From the NCBI GenBank assembly GCA_963662655.2, contig CAXXTU010000002.1, positions 2,624,001 to 2,688,000 of the forward strand: a stretch of 64,000 bases of DNA, written 5' to 3'. The DNA is from Candidatus Cloacimonadales bacterium. GTDB taxonomy: Bacteria; Cloacimonadota; Cloacimonadia; Cloacimonadales; JAIOQZ01. Both the position numbers and the translations under genes were made by a program. The number at the start of each line of letters is the position of its first letter. Positions within the stretch are counted from its first letter, which is position 1. The notes under the pieces are model-generated. The model did not search any database. It worked only from the letters and a program-made list of their open reading frames with translations, and was not told the origin of the DNA. This document shows positions 20,461-31,947 of the stretch, piece by piece.

Positions 20461-20880
20461 ATGGGATTATATCGAATTTTAGCTATTGATTTCGGTAATT
20501 CGAAAATCGGATTCGCACTTACGGACCCGATGCGGATTATCTCCAGGCCTTATTACACGCTCCGGTACGATACGGAAGACATCGCGCTGGACTGGATACG
20601 AGAGACAATCCAGAGAGAACGTGTCGGACGCATCGTGATGGGGCTGCCCATCGACATGGAAGGCAAGGAAACGCATCAATCGTCGCTGACCCGGCAATTC
20701 GCGGAGAGGCTGAAATCCAGCGTGGAGGTCCCCGTCGATTTCCAGGACGAGCGTTTCACCAGTGAAGAGGCCAACGAAGAAATCAAAAAGATGGGCAAGG
20801 ACCCGATAAACGGACGGAAAATCATTGATCAAGTCGCGGCGTCCATTATCCTGAAGAATTATCTGGAATCCTATCGATGA
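20461..20880 (+). CDS. ruvX: Holliday junction resolvase-like / pre-16S rRNA nuclease RuvX (YqgF)
   Basis: ILAIDFG, IGFALTD, VMGLP, DERFTS, DQVAASIIL. Confidence 0.93.
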   Translation: MGLYRILAIDFGNSKIGFALTDPMRIISRPYYTLRYDTEDIALDWIRETIQRERVGRIVMGLPIDMEGKETHQSSLTRQFAERLKSSVEVPVDFQDERFTSEEANEEIKKMGKDPINGRKIIDQVAASIILKNYLESYR

Positions 20881-21869
20881 AACGGGTGCTTCCCATAGCG
20901 ATTTTGCTCGTGATCGCGGTGTTTATCGCGCTTGACGTGAAAATGCTGCTCGAGCCGGTTTATGTACGGGACACAATCATCGACGTCTCCCAGGGCGAAA
21001 CGGCAAAATCCATCTCCAAAAAACTATTCGATAGCGGAATTATACGAAGCAGGTTCTTCTTCGAGATGTTCGCGCGATACAAGGGCATCGACCGCAAGCT
21101 GAGTCGCGGGAAGTACCTCTTCAGCGGGAAGATCACCATCGGCGAAGCCCTGAAAAGACTGCATGCGGCAAAGGTTATCCTGCGAAAAGTGACCATCCCC
21201 GAGGGTATGACCGCCCGTCGAACCGCCCACGTTCTCGCGGACAACGGTTTTGGTGACTACCAGCGTTTCATGTACCTGATGCAGGACTCGACGTTCATCA
21301 AACAAGTTACAGGCTTCTCCCTCCCTTCGCTGGAAGGATTTCTTTACCCCGAAACCTACCATTTCCCTGAGGGCGTCAAAGAGGAATTCATTCTCCGGCA
21401 CATCGTCGATCAATTCTGGAAAATGACGGCAAACACCTTCGAGAACACGAGAGAACTCCACGATTTCTATGATACCATGATCCTTGCTTCCATCGTGGAG
21501 CGCGAAGCGCGCAAGGAAGACGAAAAGCCTTTCATCGCCGACGTCTACCTCAACCGTATCGAGAAGGGGATGTTGCTCCAGGCGGATCCGACCATCGCAT
21601 ACGCACTGGAAAACGCCGGCATTCGACGGTCGCGGATTCTTTACAAGGACCTCCGCTTCGATTCACCCTATAACACTTACCGGAATCAGGGACTGCCCCC
21701 CACGCCCGTATGCAATCCCACGATCAGCGCGATCGAGGCGGTTCTGGCTCCGCAGGATACGAACTATTTATTCTTCTTCGCCGACGGCACCGGAGGACAC
21801 ATCTTCTCGGAAACCTACCGGCAGCATTCGTCACGTTTGCGCAAACTGAGGAACGACAATGGGCGATAG
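20877..21869 (+). CDS. mltG: Endolytic transglycosylase MltG
   Basis: VTIPEG, LEGFLYPETY, LASIVERE, LQADPT, SPYNTY, GLPPTP. Confidence 0.95.
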   Translation: MKRVLPIAILLVIAVFIALDVKMLLEPVYVRDTIIDVSQGETAKSISKKLFDSGIIRSRFFFEMFARYKGIDRKLSRGKYLFSGKITIGEALKRLHAAKVILRKVTIPEGMTARRTAHVLADNGFGDYQRFMYLMQDSTFIKQVTGFSLPSLEGFLYPETYHFPEGVKEEFILRHIVDQFWKMTANTFENTRELHDFYDTMILASIVEREARKEDEKPFIADVYLNRIEKGMLLQADPTIAYALENAGIRRSRILYKDLRFDSPYNTYRNQGLPPTPVCNPTISAIEAVLAPQDTNYLFFFADGTGGHIFSETYRQHSSRLRKLRNDNGR

Positions 21870-23055
21870 GATTCTTCTCGATCTGGCCATTATCATCTTC
21901 TGCTCCAAGATCATGGAAGCGCTTTCGCGCAGGCTCAAGCAGCCGCCGGTCATCGGCATGCTTCTGCTTGGCGTGATTCTGGGGCCGAGTTTCTTCAACC
22001 TCGTGGAATCGGATGTCATCATCCAGTGGCTTGCCAAGCTGGGCGTGCTCTTCCTGCTGTTCGAGGCCGGTCTCGAGACCAATCTCAAGCAGATTCGCCA
22101 GGACTCGAAGCAGGCGCTGCTACCCGCCTTGGGCGGAATCACCGTACCGATGCTCCTTGGATTCGGGCTCTCGATGCTTTTCAACAAGGGCGTAATGCAC
22201 AGCCTGACCATCGGCGTGATCTTCACGGCCACAAGCGTGAGCGTGAGTGTGATGACCCTGATCGATCTCGGCAAGCTGAAGGGTATCGAGGGGCGTTGCA
22301 TCGTGAACGCGGCGATCATCGACGACGTGGTGGGCATTCTTCTGGTCACGTTCCTATTCGGGATGAGCCTGGGGCACAGCGGCGGTTTGCACATGCCTGG
22401 CGTCGCGTTCCTGCACTCGATCGGGAAGATTGTCGGATTCTTCGCGGTGATTTTCCTATTCGGCTTCTTCGTTCTCAAGCCGTTCTTCCTCAACATCAAG
22501 AAGTTTTATCTGGAGACGGCGGTTCTCTCGCTGACCATCTCGCTGATCTTCGTCTATGCCTGGCTGGCGGAACAGGCGGAAATCGCCGCGATTACCGGCG
22601 CATATTTCGCCGGACTTTTCGTGGGACAGACGAAGTATAAACACTCGATTCAGGAGGATATCTCCACCGTTGGGAAATCGTTCTTCGTGGATGTGTTCTT
22701 CGTGAATATCGGCTTGGGAATTCACCTTTTCAAGCTCAGGACCGATCCGATTTTCCTGCTTCTCTTTGTGTTCCTGGCGATGGCGGGGAAATTCGTGGGC
22801 AGCTCCATCGGGGCAAGATTCAGCAGTTTCGACTGGCTGCGTTCCATGCGTATCGGTTTCGGGATGATCCCTCGTGGCGAGGTAGCACTGATCATCGCAA
22901 ATATGGCGGTGGAAAAGCAATTGATTTCCACCGGGGAGCTCTCTTCGACGATCATGCTGGTTATCATCAGCGCGTTTGTGACACCGATACTGCTGAAATA
23001 CAGCTATTCGAGGCTTCAACGCAAATCTTTCAACGGAGGCGGCAATGTGGAATGA
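21859..23055 (+). CDS. Cation:proton antiporter (CPA2/NapA-like)
   Basis: Multiple TM helices, LLFEAGLET, ATSVSV, AAIIDDV, GMIPRGEV. Confidence 0.92.
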   Translation: MGDRILLDLAIIIFCSKIMEALSRRLKQPPVIGMLLLGVILGPSFFNLVESDVIIQWLAKLGVLFLLFEAGLETNLKQIRQDSKQALLPALGGITVPMLLGFGLSMLFNKGVMHSLTIGVIFTATSVSVSVMTLIDLGKLKGIEGRCIVNAAIIDDVVGILLVTFLFGMSLGHSGGLHMPGVAFLHSIGKIVGFFAVIFLFGFFVLKPFFLNIKKFYLETAVLSLTISLIFVYAWLAEQAEIAAITGAYFAGLFVGQTKYKHSIQEDISTVGKSFFVDVFFVNIGLGIHLFKLRTDPIFLLLFVFLAMAGKFVGSSIGARFSSFDWLRSMRIGFGMIPRGEVALIIANMAVEKQLISTGELSSTIMLVIISAFVTPILLKYSYSRLQRKSFNGGGNVE

Positions 23056-23866
23056 TTGCATCAACGAAAATCTGATCATCGTCAATCCGAAGGTCAAAGA
23101 CAAGAACGACCTCTTCGAGAAGATGGTAAATCACGTTTATAATCAGGATATCATCCGGGATCACAAATCATTTCTCAAGGCGATCCACAGCAGGGAGGAA
23201 GCTGCCAACACCGAATTGATTCCGGAGGTGGCCCTGCCGCATGCGCGGGACGAAAGCTGCGAAAAGGTATTCCTCAGCATCATCGTTCTCAAGGACGGGA
23301 TCGACTACGGAAATCCGGAGATGGGACCGGCGAAGATCATCTTCTTCTTCGGCGCGCCGCCGGAAGAGAACAGGATTTACCTGCAACTGCTGGCGAAATC
23401 GTCGAGACTTCTGAAGAGCGATAAATTCAAGAACGAGCTTCTGCAGGCAAAAACCCCTGCCGACATCCTCGCGGTGATCAGTCGCCACGAAGAGCAGGAA
23501 AAGCGGCAGGAAGACGCCGCTAAATATGCACTGACCATCGTTCTGCACAACCCAGATTTCCTGGATGGTTTGCTCTCGACGCTCGTTGAACTTGGTATAA
23601 CAAATGCATCCATTATTGACAGTATTTCCATGGCTCGCAAACTTGCCTACGAGATGCCCGTTTTTGCGGGACTCAGTTATATGTCGCCGGGAAAGGACCA
23701 AAAATCTACGGTCGTTCAGTGCCTGGTGAGCGAGCAAAACGTAGCCCGCAGGCTATACGGATTGCTCCGGGAATTCAAAATTGATATGGACAAACCCGGG
23801 ACAGGCTACCTGTATCTGAACAGGCTGGACGCCTTTTTCGGAAATCCTGAAGAATTGGTGGAATAG
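23045..23866 (+). CDS. PTS EIIA (fructose/Ntr-type) domain fused to a PII-like C-terminal domain
   Basis: SREE...VALPHAR phospho-His motif; C-terminal LVELGITNASIIDS...DMDKPGTG resembles PII-like folds. Confidence 0.75.
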   Translation: MWNDCINENLIIVNPKVKDKNDLFEKMVNHVYNQDIIRDHKSFLKAIHSREEAANTELIPEVALPHARDESCEKVFLSIIVLKDGIDYGNPEMGPAKIIFFFGAPPEENRIYLQLLAKSSRLLKSDKFKNELLQAKTPADILAVISRHEEQEKRQEDAAKYALTIVLHNPDFLDGLLSTLVELGITNASIIDSISMARKLAYEMPVFAGLSYMSPGKDQKSTVVQCLVSEQNVARRLYGLLREFKIDMDKPGTGYLYLNRLDAFFGNPEELVE

Positions 23867-24435
23867 TGAAGATTTTTATTATGCGGCATGGAGATTCGAC
23901 CCATCTGGTGGGCGATTTCCAACAGAAGACAACCTGGAAAGAGTTTCGAAAACAACTTCCCTCATGGGACAGTGCGCAGCTCACTGAGCTTGGCATCAGG
24001 CAGGTGAGGGAGGCTGAGAAAAAATGGCGCGGGAAATTCAGGAAGATTTTCCACAGTCCGTTGCCCCGCGCAAAGGACACTGCGTCCTTGATGAATCCCG
24101 AGGGGAAGATACCTTCGGAGGCATGGCCGGAGCTCCGTGAAATCGATGCGGCCTCGCTACGTCTTCCGGGATGGATTCAGATATCGCTGTATAATTGGTT
24201 TGTCTACACGTTCTTCAATTCGATCTTCAATTTCGGGATTTTCAAGATCATGCACAACGCTGCTTGCATCATGAAGAGGGCGGCCGGATACAACGAACCG
24301 GTCGTGCTTGTTTCTCACAAGGCAAGGATACTGGCATTGCTCCTGTGGGTGAGAATTCACTGGAAATGGCGCGTGGTGAGTATCGATACGGATCCCGCCG
24401 GCGTAACCGTAGTGGAATACAAATCGAAGAAATAG
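23866..24435 (+). CDS. Histidine phosphatase family protein
   Basis: MRHG, HSPLPRAKDTA, LREI, LVSH. Confidence 0.82.
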   Translation: MKIFIMRHGDSTHLVGDFQQKTTWKEFRKQLPSWDSAQLTELGIRQVREAEKKWRGKFRKIFHSPLPRAKDTASLMNPEGKIPSEAWPELREIDAASLRLPGWIQISLYNWFVYTFFNSIFNFGIFKIMHNAACIMKRAAGYNEPVVLVSHKARILALLLWVRIHWKWRVVSIDTDPAGVTVVEYKSKK

Positions 24436-24439
24436 CCTT

Positions 24440-25177
24440 CTAGCGGCCTTCTACGTGGAGGATTCGCGTTGATCTCTTGAGCGTTCTGAGAACGATGTAG
24501 ACTACTGCCGCTGCGATCAGTGCGATGATCCACCCCTTCGAGAGTACAAGCTTGTGAACGTGGATCAGATTGTACAACACTTCGACAATACAGAACGAGA
24601 CTACCATACCGAGAAGCCCCGAGTATTCCCTTTTCAGTACGTTTCGCATCGAGAAGGTGAGCTTGGAGGTCTTCCAGTTTTTGCATCGCGGGTAAAATGC
24701 AGGGGTGAAGCGAGACCACTCCGCGTATGCCTTGCCGAATTTCTCGGACAGGAATTCCTCTTCCGCCAGCATGATACGCTCGTAATAGAGGGCGTAGGTC
24801 ACGCAGAAGAAAATGATGAACCACACGTGTTGCGTATAGAGGATAACGCCGAACCACATGAGGAAATTGCCCAGATAGAGCGGGTGACGGATCTGCGAGT
24901 AAATCCCGGTCGTGTTGAGTTCGTCCGCGATCTGTTTATGCGTGTTTCTGCCGGAGGTTCTTCTGGGAACCTGGCCGATGGTGATTATGCGAATCCCAAA
25001 GCCCACTACTGCAACGAAAAGACAGAAACCGTTGTAGATATGGTGATAGAGAGGGTATGGGGTCAAGGGTCTGGTGGGAAGTAGTGACAGAACGATGAAG
25101 ATGAGCAGAATGAGCGGCAGGTAGCTCCTGTGACGGAAGAGCCACTGTCCTTGCGCGTGAAGTTCCTTGGATAGCAT
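24440..25177 (-). CDS. ICMT/PEMT-family membrane methyltransferase (LmtA-like lipid A phosphate methyltransferase candidate)
   Basis: LNTTGIYSQIRHPLYLGN, EEEFL, TM helices. Confidence 0.8.
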   Translation of the reverse strand: MLSKELHAQGQWLFRHRSYLPLILLIFIVLSLLPTRPLTPYPLYHHIYNGFCLFVAVVGFGIRIITIGQVPRRTSGRNTHKQIADELNTTGIYSQIRHPLYLGNFLMWFGVILYTQHVWFIIFFCVTYALYYERIMLAEEEFLSEKFGKAYAEWSRFTPAFYPRCKNWKTSKLTFSMRNVLKREYSGLLGMVVSFCIVEVLYNLIHVHKLVLSKGWIIALIAAAVVYIVLRTLKRSTRILHVEGR

Positions 25178-25761
25178 TATTTCCCCTTGTTGTTCGAATA
25201 ATGAACAAACATATCATTTGATTCTTTTTTTAGGGAGGGTCTTGTTTGGGCAAGATTTTTTTTGAAGATCAATGAGAAATAATATTTATACAAAATAATA
25301 TTATAGTGTATGATATTATCATGCAACAAGAAACGTTTGCAAGCAAAAGCGGATTTAAGCCTTGAAGTGAATTTAACTCAGATATTGATTTGCAATTAAT
25401 CTTCATTATTATCCGTTCAGGATGCGGTTTATTGCTCGCGAAATTAACTGTGAAAATGAATGAGATTTACGAAGTATGCGCTAAATGAAACTTAGTCAAT
25501 GAGCTACGCACGATATAGACTGGATTGGCGGAGTGATAAATGTCTCGTTTTGTAAGTATATTGTTAGCAGCGGATTATATCTTTGTGGCAACAGAAAAAA
25601 AAATTGACAGCATGGTTGCGAATTCTAAATTAATGAAGCTATGGGAATAGTGTGTGTATCTCAATGCATTTGAGTGCGTTGCTGTTGATGTTGAATGTAG
25701 AAGCTAAAAATAACAGTGAATCATAATAAGAAAATCAAATGATCTAATCAAGGAGAAAGGA

Positions 25762-28386
25762 ATGAAACAAAAGGGATTCGTTCTCGTATTTATCTTGCTC
25801 TGCAGCGTCGTTGGCATGTTTGCGGACTATACTGTTGATTTCGAAGCAGAATCGAAGCCTAGCTACTTAATTGGCACCGTCGCTCTCAATGGAATCGATT
25901 GGAGTCTCAATAATTGCTTGATCGGCACTCTTGCGAGCGACAAGAAGAATGGTACTAAGTCTGCTCGTGTCAAGACCGGCGGGGATATGACGATGCTGGC
26001 AAACAAGACAGGTGGACTTGGGACAATTACATTGCAATATGCAAAATATGGTACAGATACAGTAGCACCAACCCTTCGCGTTGAGTACAGCACTAATGAC
26101 GGTACAGACTGGACACAAGCTGGGACCGACTTCGATGCGAATGCACAAGCATCCCTTGCGGAATGGTCGGCAGAAGTAAATGTTGCCGGAGACGTGCGAA
26201 TTCGCATTCTGGCTGTATCTGGAACAAGCAACAAGCGCGCGAATATCGACGACATCGTCATGACGGATTTTGCTTCTTCTACTGAAACGATCACAACTAT
26301 GGATGTTGGGTTTCCTCCGTTCATCCCGGGTTCAACAGGAGACGTAACATTCTTTGGTGCAGGAACATTTCCTGCTGGTGCGATTTTCACGGCGCAGTTA
26401 TCCGATGAAAATGGCGATTTTAGCAACCCTACAGATATTGGTACCTATACGCTCACCGCTGAGACGACCAATCCTTTGCAAACTTTTGATATCACGATTC
26501 CCGAAACGGCAGTTGGCGGAACCGCCTATGAAGTTCGCGTGGTCTGCGACAATCCTGCTGTAATCGGTAGCCCATACGGTCCATTCACCATCAACGGTGT
26601 AAGCATCTCTCCGGCAGATGATCAACATTTGATTGTCGGTCAGATGATTACTCCCATTACCGGGACAATTGTTGGGGGGCCTTTGGACTACGGCTGGTAT
26701 GCGTCGGAAGTTAGCGGTGGACCATACATGGAAACAGGCATCGATGGTTATGTACTCTCGGGAACCCCTGGAACAGCGGGAACCATTTATGTTGTGTTCG
26801 GAGCTACCTTTATAGGTGGTTTATTATATAGCAATGAAGTGATGATTGAAGTGACGGAAGGACCTTCCGTGCCTTACCTCGAAGATTTCACGATCTTCCC
26901 GCCGGCCGGATGGACAAACAATGGCAACTGGTATTCAAGCAATACAAGCTATGCAGGTAGTGTCGCGCCGGAAGCTCGCATTGTTTATACGAGTTACGCA
27001 GTGGGAGATGAATTGGTATCCTGTCCGATCAACACGACCGGTTATTCGACTCTCGATGTTAGCTGGTGCCAGCAAGTTTACAGTTATAGCGGAGGCGTGG
27101 GGAGCTACCAACTCGACGTTCTCACCTCAACCGATGGATTGGAATGGAGCAACACCATTTGGTCATACACCTATATTAACGACTTGAACAATGATAACAT
27201 GAACCCTGTCGTGACGATTGGAGCAGGCGATGGTGTTGGAAGTTCAACACTCTATTTAAAGTTCCGGTTTACATCCATGGATGACAACAGACTTTCTGCG
27301 TGGAATATCGACGATTTTGTCGTGATGGAAACCCTCGCACAGGATGACACCCAGGCCGTCACAACCGGCGATCCGATGATCGATTTCGATTCACCGAGTA
27401 CCGGTCTCGCTATCCAGTTCTCCGGTGTGACTGTAGAAGGCAATGTAACGGTTCGTTTCTACAATCATGGGCCGATCAGCACGGATACCATCTCCGATGA
27501 AAACGTTGCCGATTACCGCTGGTATATCGATCAGGACAACGCCTTCGATTTCTCCGGTGGAGAAGCATGGTTGGTGTTCTATCTCGATCATATTCCGAAC
27601 CACGGAATTTCCGATCCGAACAATGTGAATGTATGGCATCGTGAAAGTGAATCCGAACCCTTCTCCATGATCGATCCTGCCAATGTAACCTACGATTCCG
27701 ATCTGAACGCCATTATCGTTATCGTATCGGAATTCAGTGAATTTGTGTTCACAAGCAATGAAGAAACCCTGCCGGTCGAGCTCTCCGGTTTCCATGGAAC
27801 TTACGCAGCAGCAGGCTTCGTTACCCTCCAGTGGAACACGCAGTCAGAAAGCGGAATGCTTGGCTATCGCGTACTTCGTAGCGAAACAGGCGATCTCGGC
27901 GATGCAATACAGATGAACACAAACCTGATTCAGGCAAACAACCTCTCAGAAGAGCAAGTCTACCAGTATCAGGATAACGATATCGAAATCGTTGACGAAA
28001 AATCTTACAGCTATTGGCTGGAAGCAATCGAATTGAATGGCACATCCAAGATGTTCGGTCCTATCAACGTGACCATCAACGAAGAAGAGGAAGAAGAAGC
28101 ACCTGTTTATACAACAGCTCTGGATCAGAATTCTCCGAACCCATTCAATCCTTCGACGACAATCAACTTCTCGATCGCTGAAGAAGGCATGGTATCTGTG
28201 AAGATTTACAATGCTCGCGGTCAGCTTGTGAAGACGCTGGTCAACGAAGTCCTGCCGGAAGGCAACTATCCTCTTACATGGCATGGTAATGACAATAACG
28301 GAAATCCATGCGGTAGCGGTGTTTACTTCTACAAGATGGAAACCGATAACAATAAGTTCATCAAGAAGATGCTGATGCTGAAATAG
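25762..28386 (+). CDS. Large secreted multidomain protein with FlgD/T9SS-like CTD
   Basis: Signal peptide, beta-rich domains, TLPVELSGF linker, NSPNPFNP...KKMLMLK. Confidence 0.88.
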   Translation: MKQKGFVLVFILLCSVVGMFADYTVDFEAESKPSYLIGTVALNGIDWSLNNCLIGTLASDKKNGTKSARVKTGGDMTMLANKTGGLGTITLQYAKYGTDTVAPTLRVEYSTNDGTDWTQAGTDFDANAQASLAEWSAEVNVAGDVRIRILAVSGTSNKRANIDDIVMTDFASSTETITTMDVGFPPFIPGSTGDVTFFGAGTFPAGAIFTAQLSDENGDFSNPTDIGTYTLTAETTNPLQTFDITIPETAVGGTAYEVRVVCDNPAVIGSPYGPFTINGVSISPADDQHLIVGQMITPITGTIVGGPLDYGWYASEVSGGPYMETGIDGYVLSGTPGTAGTIYVVFGATFIGGLLYSNEVMIEVTEGPSVPYLEDFTIFPPAGWTNNGNWYSSNTSYAGSVAPEARIVYTSYAVGDELVSCPINTTGYSTLDVSWCQQVYSYSGGVGSYQLDVLTSTDGLEWSNTIWSYTYINDLNNDNMNPVVTIGAGDGVGSSTLYLKFRFTSMDDNRLSAWNIDDFVVMETLAQDDTQAVTTGDPMIDFDSPSTGLAIQFSGVTVEGNVTVRFYNHGPISTDTISDENVADYRWYIDQDNAFDFSGGEAWLVFYLDHIPNHGISDPNNVNVWHRESESEPFSMIDPANVTYDSDLNAIIVIVSEFSEFVFTSNEETLPVELSGFHGTYAAAGFVTLQWNTQSESGMLGYRVLRSETGDLGDAIQMNTNLIQANNLSEEQVYQYQDNDIEIVDEKSYSYWLEAIELNGTSKMFGPINVTINEEEEEEAPVYTTALDQNSPNPFNPSTTINFSIAEEGMVSVKIYNARGQLVKTLVNEVLPEGNYPLTWHGNDNNGNPCGSGVYFYKMETDNNKFIKKMLMLK

Positions 28387-28414
28387 TTTCAGCGCTATCT
28401 GATAACGATATTAG

Positions 28415-28445
28415 GCGGGAGAGTGAAAGCTCTCCCGTTTTTTTT
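28415..28445 (+). terminator. Rho-independent terminator
   Basis: GCGGGAGAG-TGAAAG-CTCTCCCGT followed by a T run. Confidence 0.88.
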
Positions 28446-28712
28446 GCAAATTGCTTACCGACGAGGCATCTTCGCCCGATGTCCCTTTTTATCGGGGATA
28501 TACCGCGCCTTGGAAACTACCGGACACGCGATGAAAAGGCGCGAAACACCCCGTCGAAAAGGGACATCGAACGAATCTGCTCTCGCCTCGCGGAAAGTGC
28601 GAAATGGCTGAACAGGTATTGATTTAGGGCGACCAGAGATTTTCCTTTACACTTCGATCGGCATTTCTAATATATTCTTCAAAGTTCAATATAAACAATC
28701 AGGAGGAAGAAT

Positions 28713-31700
28713 ATGAGCCAACAGGGCTATTATCGCGAACCGCATGTGAGTAAGAATATTGTAGTTTTTGTAAGCGAAGACGATATTTGGCGTATTCCTT
28801 TACGTGGAGGCGTCGCGCGCCGCATGACAACGAACCAGTCAACCGTATTCCATCCGATGATTTCTCCCAACGGACGCTTTATTGCGTACACAACGATGGA
28901 AGAGGGGCATCCCGAACTCTACATCATGAACTCGAAGGGCGAGGATCTGAAGCGCTTAACGTATCTCGGCGGATTCTGTCAGCCGGTGTGCTGGACTCCT
29001 GATTCGAAGGAGATCGTATTCAGCTCCAATTACAACCAGGCGCACGATTCGAGCATCTACAAGGTGGGCATCGGAGGCGGAGAGCCGGTAAAAATGCCGT
29101 TTGGCAACGCGAACGAGATCAGTTTCGGTGAGAAAGGCGTGGTGATAGGTCGCCACACGAGAGATACGGCACGCTGGAAAAGGTATCGCGGGGGAACAGC
29201 CGGCGAATTCTGGATTGACCGGAAGGGCAACGGAACGTTCGAACCGTTCCTCAAGGATATTTCGAACAAGGCGAATCCGATGTGGATCGGAGATAGGATA
29301 TACTTCCTCTCTGACCATGAAGGCGTCGCGAATATCTACTCGGTGAATGTCAGGGGTCAGGATATTAAGCGCCATTCGGATCAGCGCGAGTTTTACGCTC
29401 GTAACGCGACAACGGACGGCAAGAATATTGTTTACCAGGCCGGTGGCGATATCTATTTACTCGATGTTGCCGCAAACGAGGAAACGAAAGTCAAGATCGA
29501 GTTCCATAGCAGCCGCCAGCAAGTTCAGCGCAAGTTCGTGAACGCGAGCCGATACCTTCAGGGCTACGGCCTAAGCAAGGACGGTACGCAGACGGTCGTG
29601 GCCGTGCGTGGCAAACTGCATTCACTTGCCAACTGGAGTGGCCCGGTTCGCCCGTGGGGCGAGAGAAGCGCTGCTCGTTACCGCATTCCTGCCTGGATGC
29701 ACGACGGCAAGCGTTTTGTTGCCGTGTGCGACGCGCTTGACGGCGAGGACCGGCTGGTGGTTGTCGACACGGAGAAGGGAAAAGAGAAGCTCTTCGAGAA
29801 TATTAATCTCGGCAGGATTCACCAGATTTTGCCGGCCGTGAAGGGCGATCTCGTAGCGGTCACGAACCATCGCAACGAATTGATCATCATGAACATCGCG
29901 GAAGAGACCATGCAGGTGGCGGATTCTTCGGAGCATTTCCGTATCGGGAATGTTGACTGGAGTCCGGACGCCCGGTGGATTGCGTATGACCTTTCCGATA
30001 CTGCACAATCAGCCAAGATTCGTGTTCTGAATACCGAAACTATGGAAGTCCACGACGTAACGCGACCCTTGAAGCGCGATTTCGAAGCCTGCTTCTCGCC
30101 CGACGGCAAATATCTGTACTTCATCGGCGAGAGAATCTTCAATCCGATCTACGATTCGGTTCAGTTCGAGCTGAGCTTCATCAAATCCACTAAGATCTAC
30201 TGCGTTCCATTGAAGAAGGAATATCCCTCGCCATTCGAGCCGAAAATATGTTCTCCGGGAATACCGGATATGAAGAACGGCAAGAACGGTAAGAATGGCA
30301 AGAATGAGAAAGGTATCGAAGTGGAGATCGAGTTCGAGAATATCTTCGAGCGGGTGATCGAGTGCCCGATGGATCCGGGCGAATACTGGAACCTGAGTGT
30401 CGTCGAAAACAAGATTCTGTTTATGGAAACCCCGCGGGACGGCTTGCCAGAGCGATCAAGCTGGCGCGATGCAGCCAAGCCGAAGAATATCCTGAAGGTG
30501 TACGATCTCGAGAAATTGCAGGAAGACATCATCATCAGTGGAATCGATAGCTACAAGCTTTCCCTCGACGGGAAGGGAATGATTATCAGAAAGCAGGGTG
30601 AACTCACGGTTCTCAAAGCCGGAGACAAGCCCAATACGAAGGCGAAGAAAAAGTTCTCGCCCGAAGGCGGGCAGATCGATATGAGCCGCATACGTACGCT
30701 GATCTCACCGCTCGAGGAGTGGCGACAGATGTATCGCGAAGCCTGGTTGCTCCAGCGTGAGCATTTCTGGACGGAGAACATGAGCGGCGTCGATTGGAAC
30801 CGTATCTACCAGCGCTACTTGCCGCTGCTGGATCGTGTAGGGTCACGCTACGAGTTTTCGGATGTCTTATGGGAGATGCAGGGTGAGCTTGGAACCTCGC
30901 ATTGCTACGAGTTCGGCGGAGACTACCGTAGCGTTCCCGTGTATCGCCTTGGTAAACTCGGCTGCGATTACAAGCTGGCACCGTCGGGAAGATACTATAT
31001 TATCGAAAACATTATTCACTCCGGCTCGGACACGGAGAACGAGGTCTCACCTCTGGTTCGTTCCGGCGTCAATATCGAAGAGGGCGATCAACTTCTGGCT
31101 GTGAACGGCACGAAGGTCGATCGCAACAAGTCTCCTCGCGAATGTCTCCTCAATATGGGCGGGCAGGACGTGATCCTGACTGTGAGGAAACCCGGCCAGC
31201 GCAAGTCGCGCGATGTGACGGTGAAAGCGCTGCCGTTCAGGGGTTTGCTTCTGTATCGCGCGTGGGTGGAAGACAACCGCAAGTACGTTCACGAGCAGAG
31301 CGGCGGTAAGATCGGGTACATCCACGTTCCCGACATGGGCGTGGAAGGATTCTCCGAGTTCCATCGTCTCTTCCTGACGGAATGCAGGTTTGACGCCATG
31401 ATTGTGGATGTTCGCTACAACGGAGGCGGTCATGTCTCCCCGCTACTGCTGGAGAAGCTCAAACGAGTTCCGAATGCGTATGTGGCGACAAGGTGGTCCA
31501 AGCATCCGGAGCCGTACCCGGATTGTGCGATCGCGGGTCCGAAATGCGCGTTGACCAACGAGTTTGCCGGCTCGGACGGCGATATTTTTAGCCATTCCTT
31601 CAAGATGATGGGAATCGGCAAGCTTCTGGGCAAACGAACCTGGGGCGGCGTTGTCGGAATCAACGGACAGTACTCGCTGGTGGACGGGGCTGTAACAACA

Positions 31701-31934
31701 CAGCCGGAATATTCGTTCTGGTTCAGGGATGTCGGTTGGGGCGTCGAGAACTACGGTACCGATCCCGATATCGAGATCGATATCAAACCGCAGGATTACG
31801 CGGCAGGGAAGGATCCGCAACTCGATGGAGCGATCAAGCACCTGATGGATGAAATGAAGAAGAACCCGGTGTTCAGGCCCAAGCTTGATAAACGGCCCAA
31901 CCTGGCGTTACCTGAAATTCCACCCAAGAAATAA
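28713..31934 (+). CDS. Tricorn protease (S41 family)
   Basis: [53 protein letters not shown]. Confidence 0.95.
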   Translation: MSQQGYYREPHVSKNIVVFVSEDDIWRIPLRGGVARRMTTNQSTVFHPMISPNGRFIAYTTMEEGHPELYIMNSKGEDLKRLTYLGGFCQPVCWTPDSKEIVFSSNYNQAHDSSIYKVGIGGGEPVKMPFGNANEISFGEKGVVIGRHTRDTARWKRYRGGTAGEFWIDRKGNGTFEPFLKDISNKANPMWIGDRIYFLSDHEGVANIYSVNVRGQDIKRHSDQREFYARNATTDGKNIVYQAGGDIYLLDVAANEETKVKIEFHSSRQQVQRKFVNASRYLQGYGLSKDGTQTVVAVRGKLHSLANWSGPVRPWGERSAARYRIPAWMHDGKRFVAVCDALDGEDRLVVVDTEKGKEKLFENINLGRIHQILPAVKGDLVAVTNHRNELIIMNIAEETMQVADSSEHFRIGNVDWSPDARWIAYDLSDTAQSAKIRVLNTETMEVHDVTRPLKRDFEACFSPDGKYLYFIGERIFNPIYDSVQFELSFIKSTKIYCVPLKKEYPSPFEPKICSPGIPDMKNGKNGKNGKNEKGIEVEIEFENIFERVIECPMDPGEYWNLSVVENKILFMETPRDGLPERSSWRDAAKPKNILKVYDLEKLQEDIIISGIDSYKLSLDGKGMIIRKQGELTVLKAGDKPNTKAKKKFSPEGGQIDMSRIRTLISPLEEWRQMYREAWLLQREHFWTENMSGVDWNRIYQRYLPLLDRVGSRYEFSDVLWEMQGELGTSHCYEFGGDYRSVPVYRLGKLGCDYKLAPSGRYYIIENIIHSGSDTENEVSPLVRSGVNIEEGDQLLAVNGTKVDRNKSPRECLLNMGGQDVILTVRKPGQRKSRDVTVKALPFRGLLLYRAWVEDNRKYVHEQSGGKIGYIHVPDMGVEGFSEFHRLFLTECRFDAMIVDVRYNGGGHVSPLLLEKLKRVPNAYVATRWSKHPEPYPDCAIAGPKCALTNEFAGSDGDIFSHSFKMMGIGKLLGKRTWGGVVGINGQYSLVDGAVTTQPEYSFWFRDVGWGVENYGTDPDIEIDIKPQDYAAGKDPQLDGAIKHLMDEMKKNPVFRPKLDKRPNLALPEIPPKK

Positions 31935-31947
31935 CGGAGGACTCACG

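Noticed and set aside
25178..25761. AT-rich 580-bp intergenic region as an ncRNA or replication origin
   Set aside because: No stable structure or DnaA-box cluster recognised; consistent with a divergent promoter region
30273..30306. KNG x3 9-bp microrepeat in tricorn
   Set aside because: In-frame low-complexity linker with synonymous variation; not a phase-variation tract
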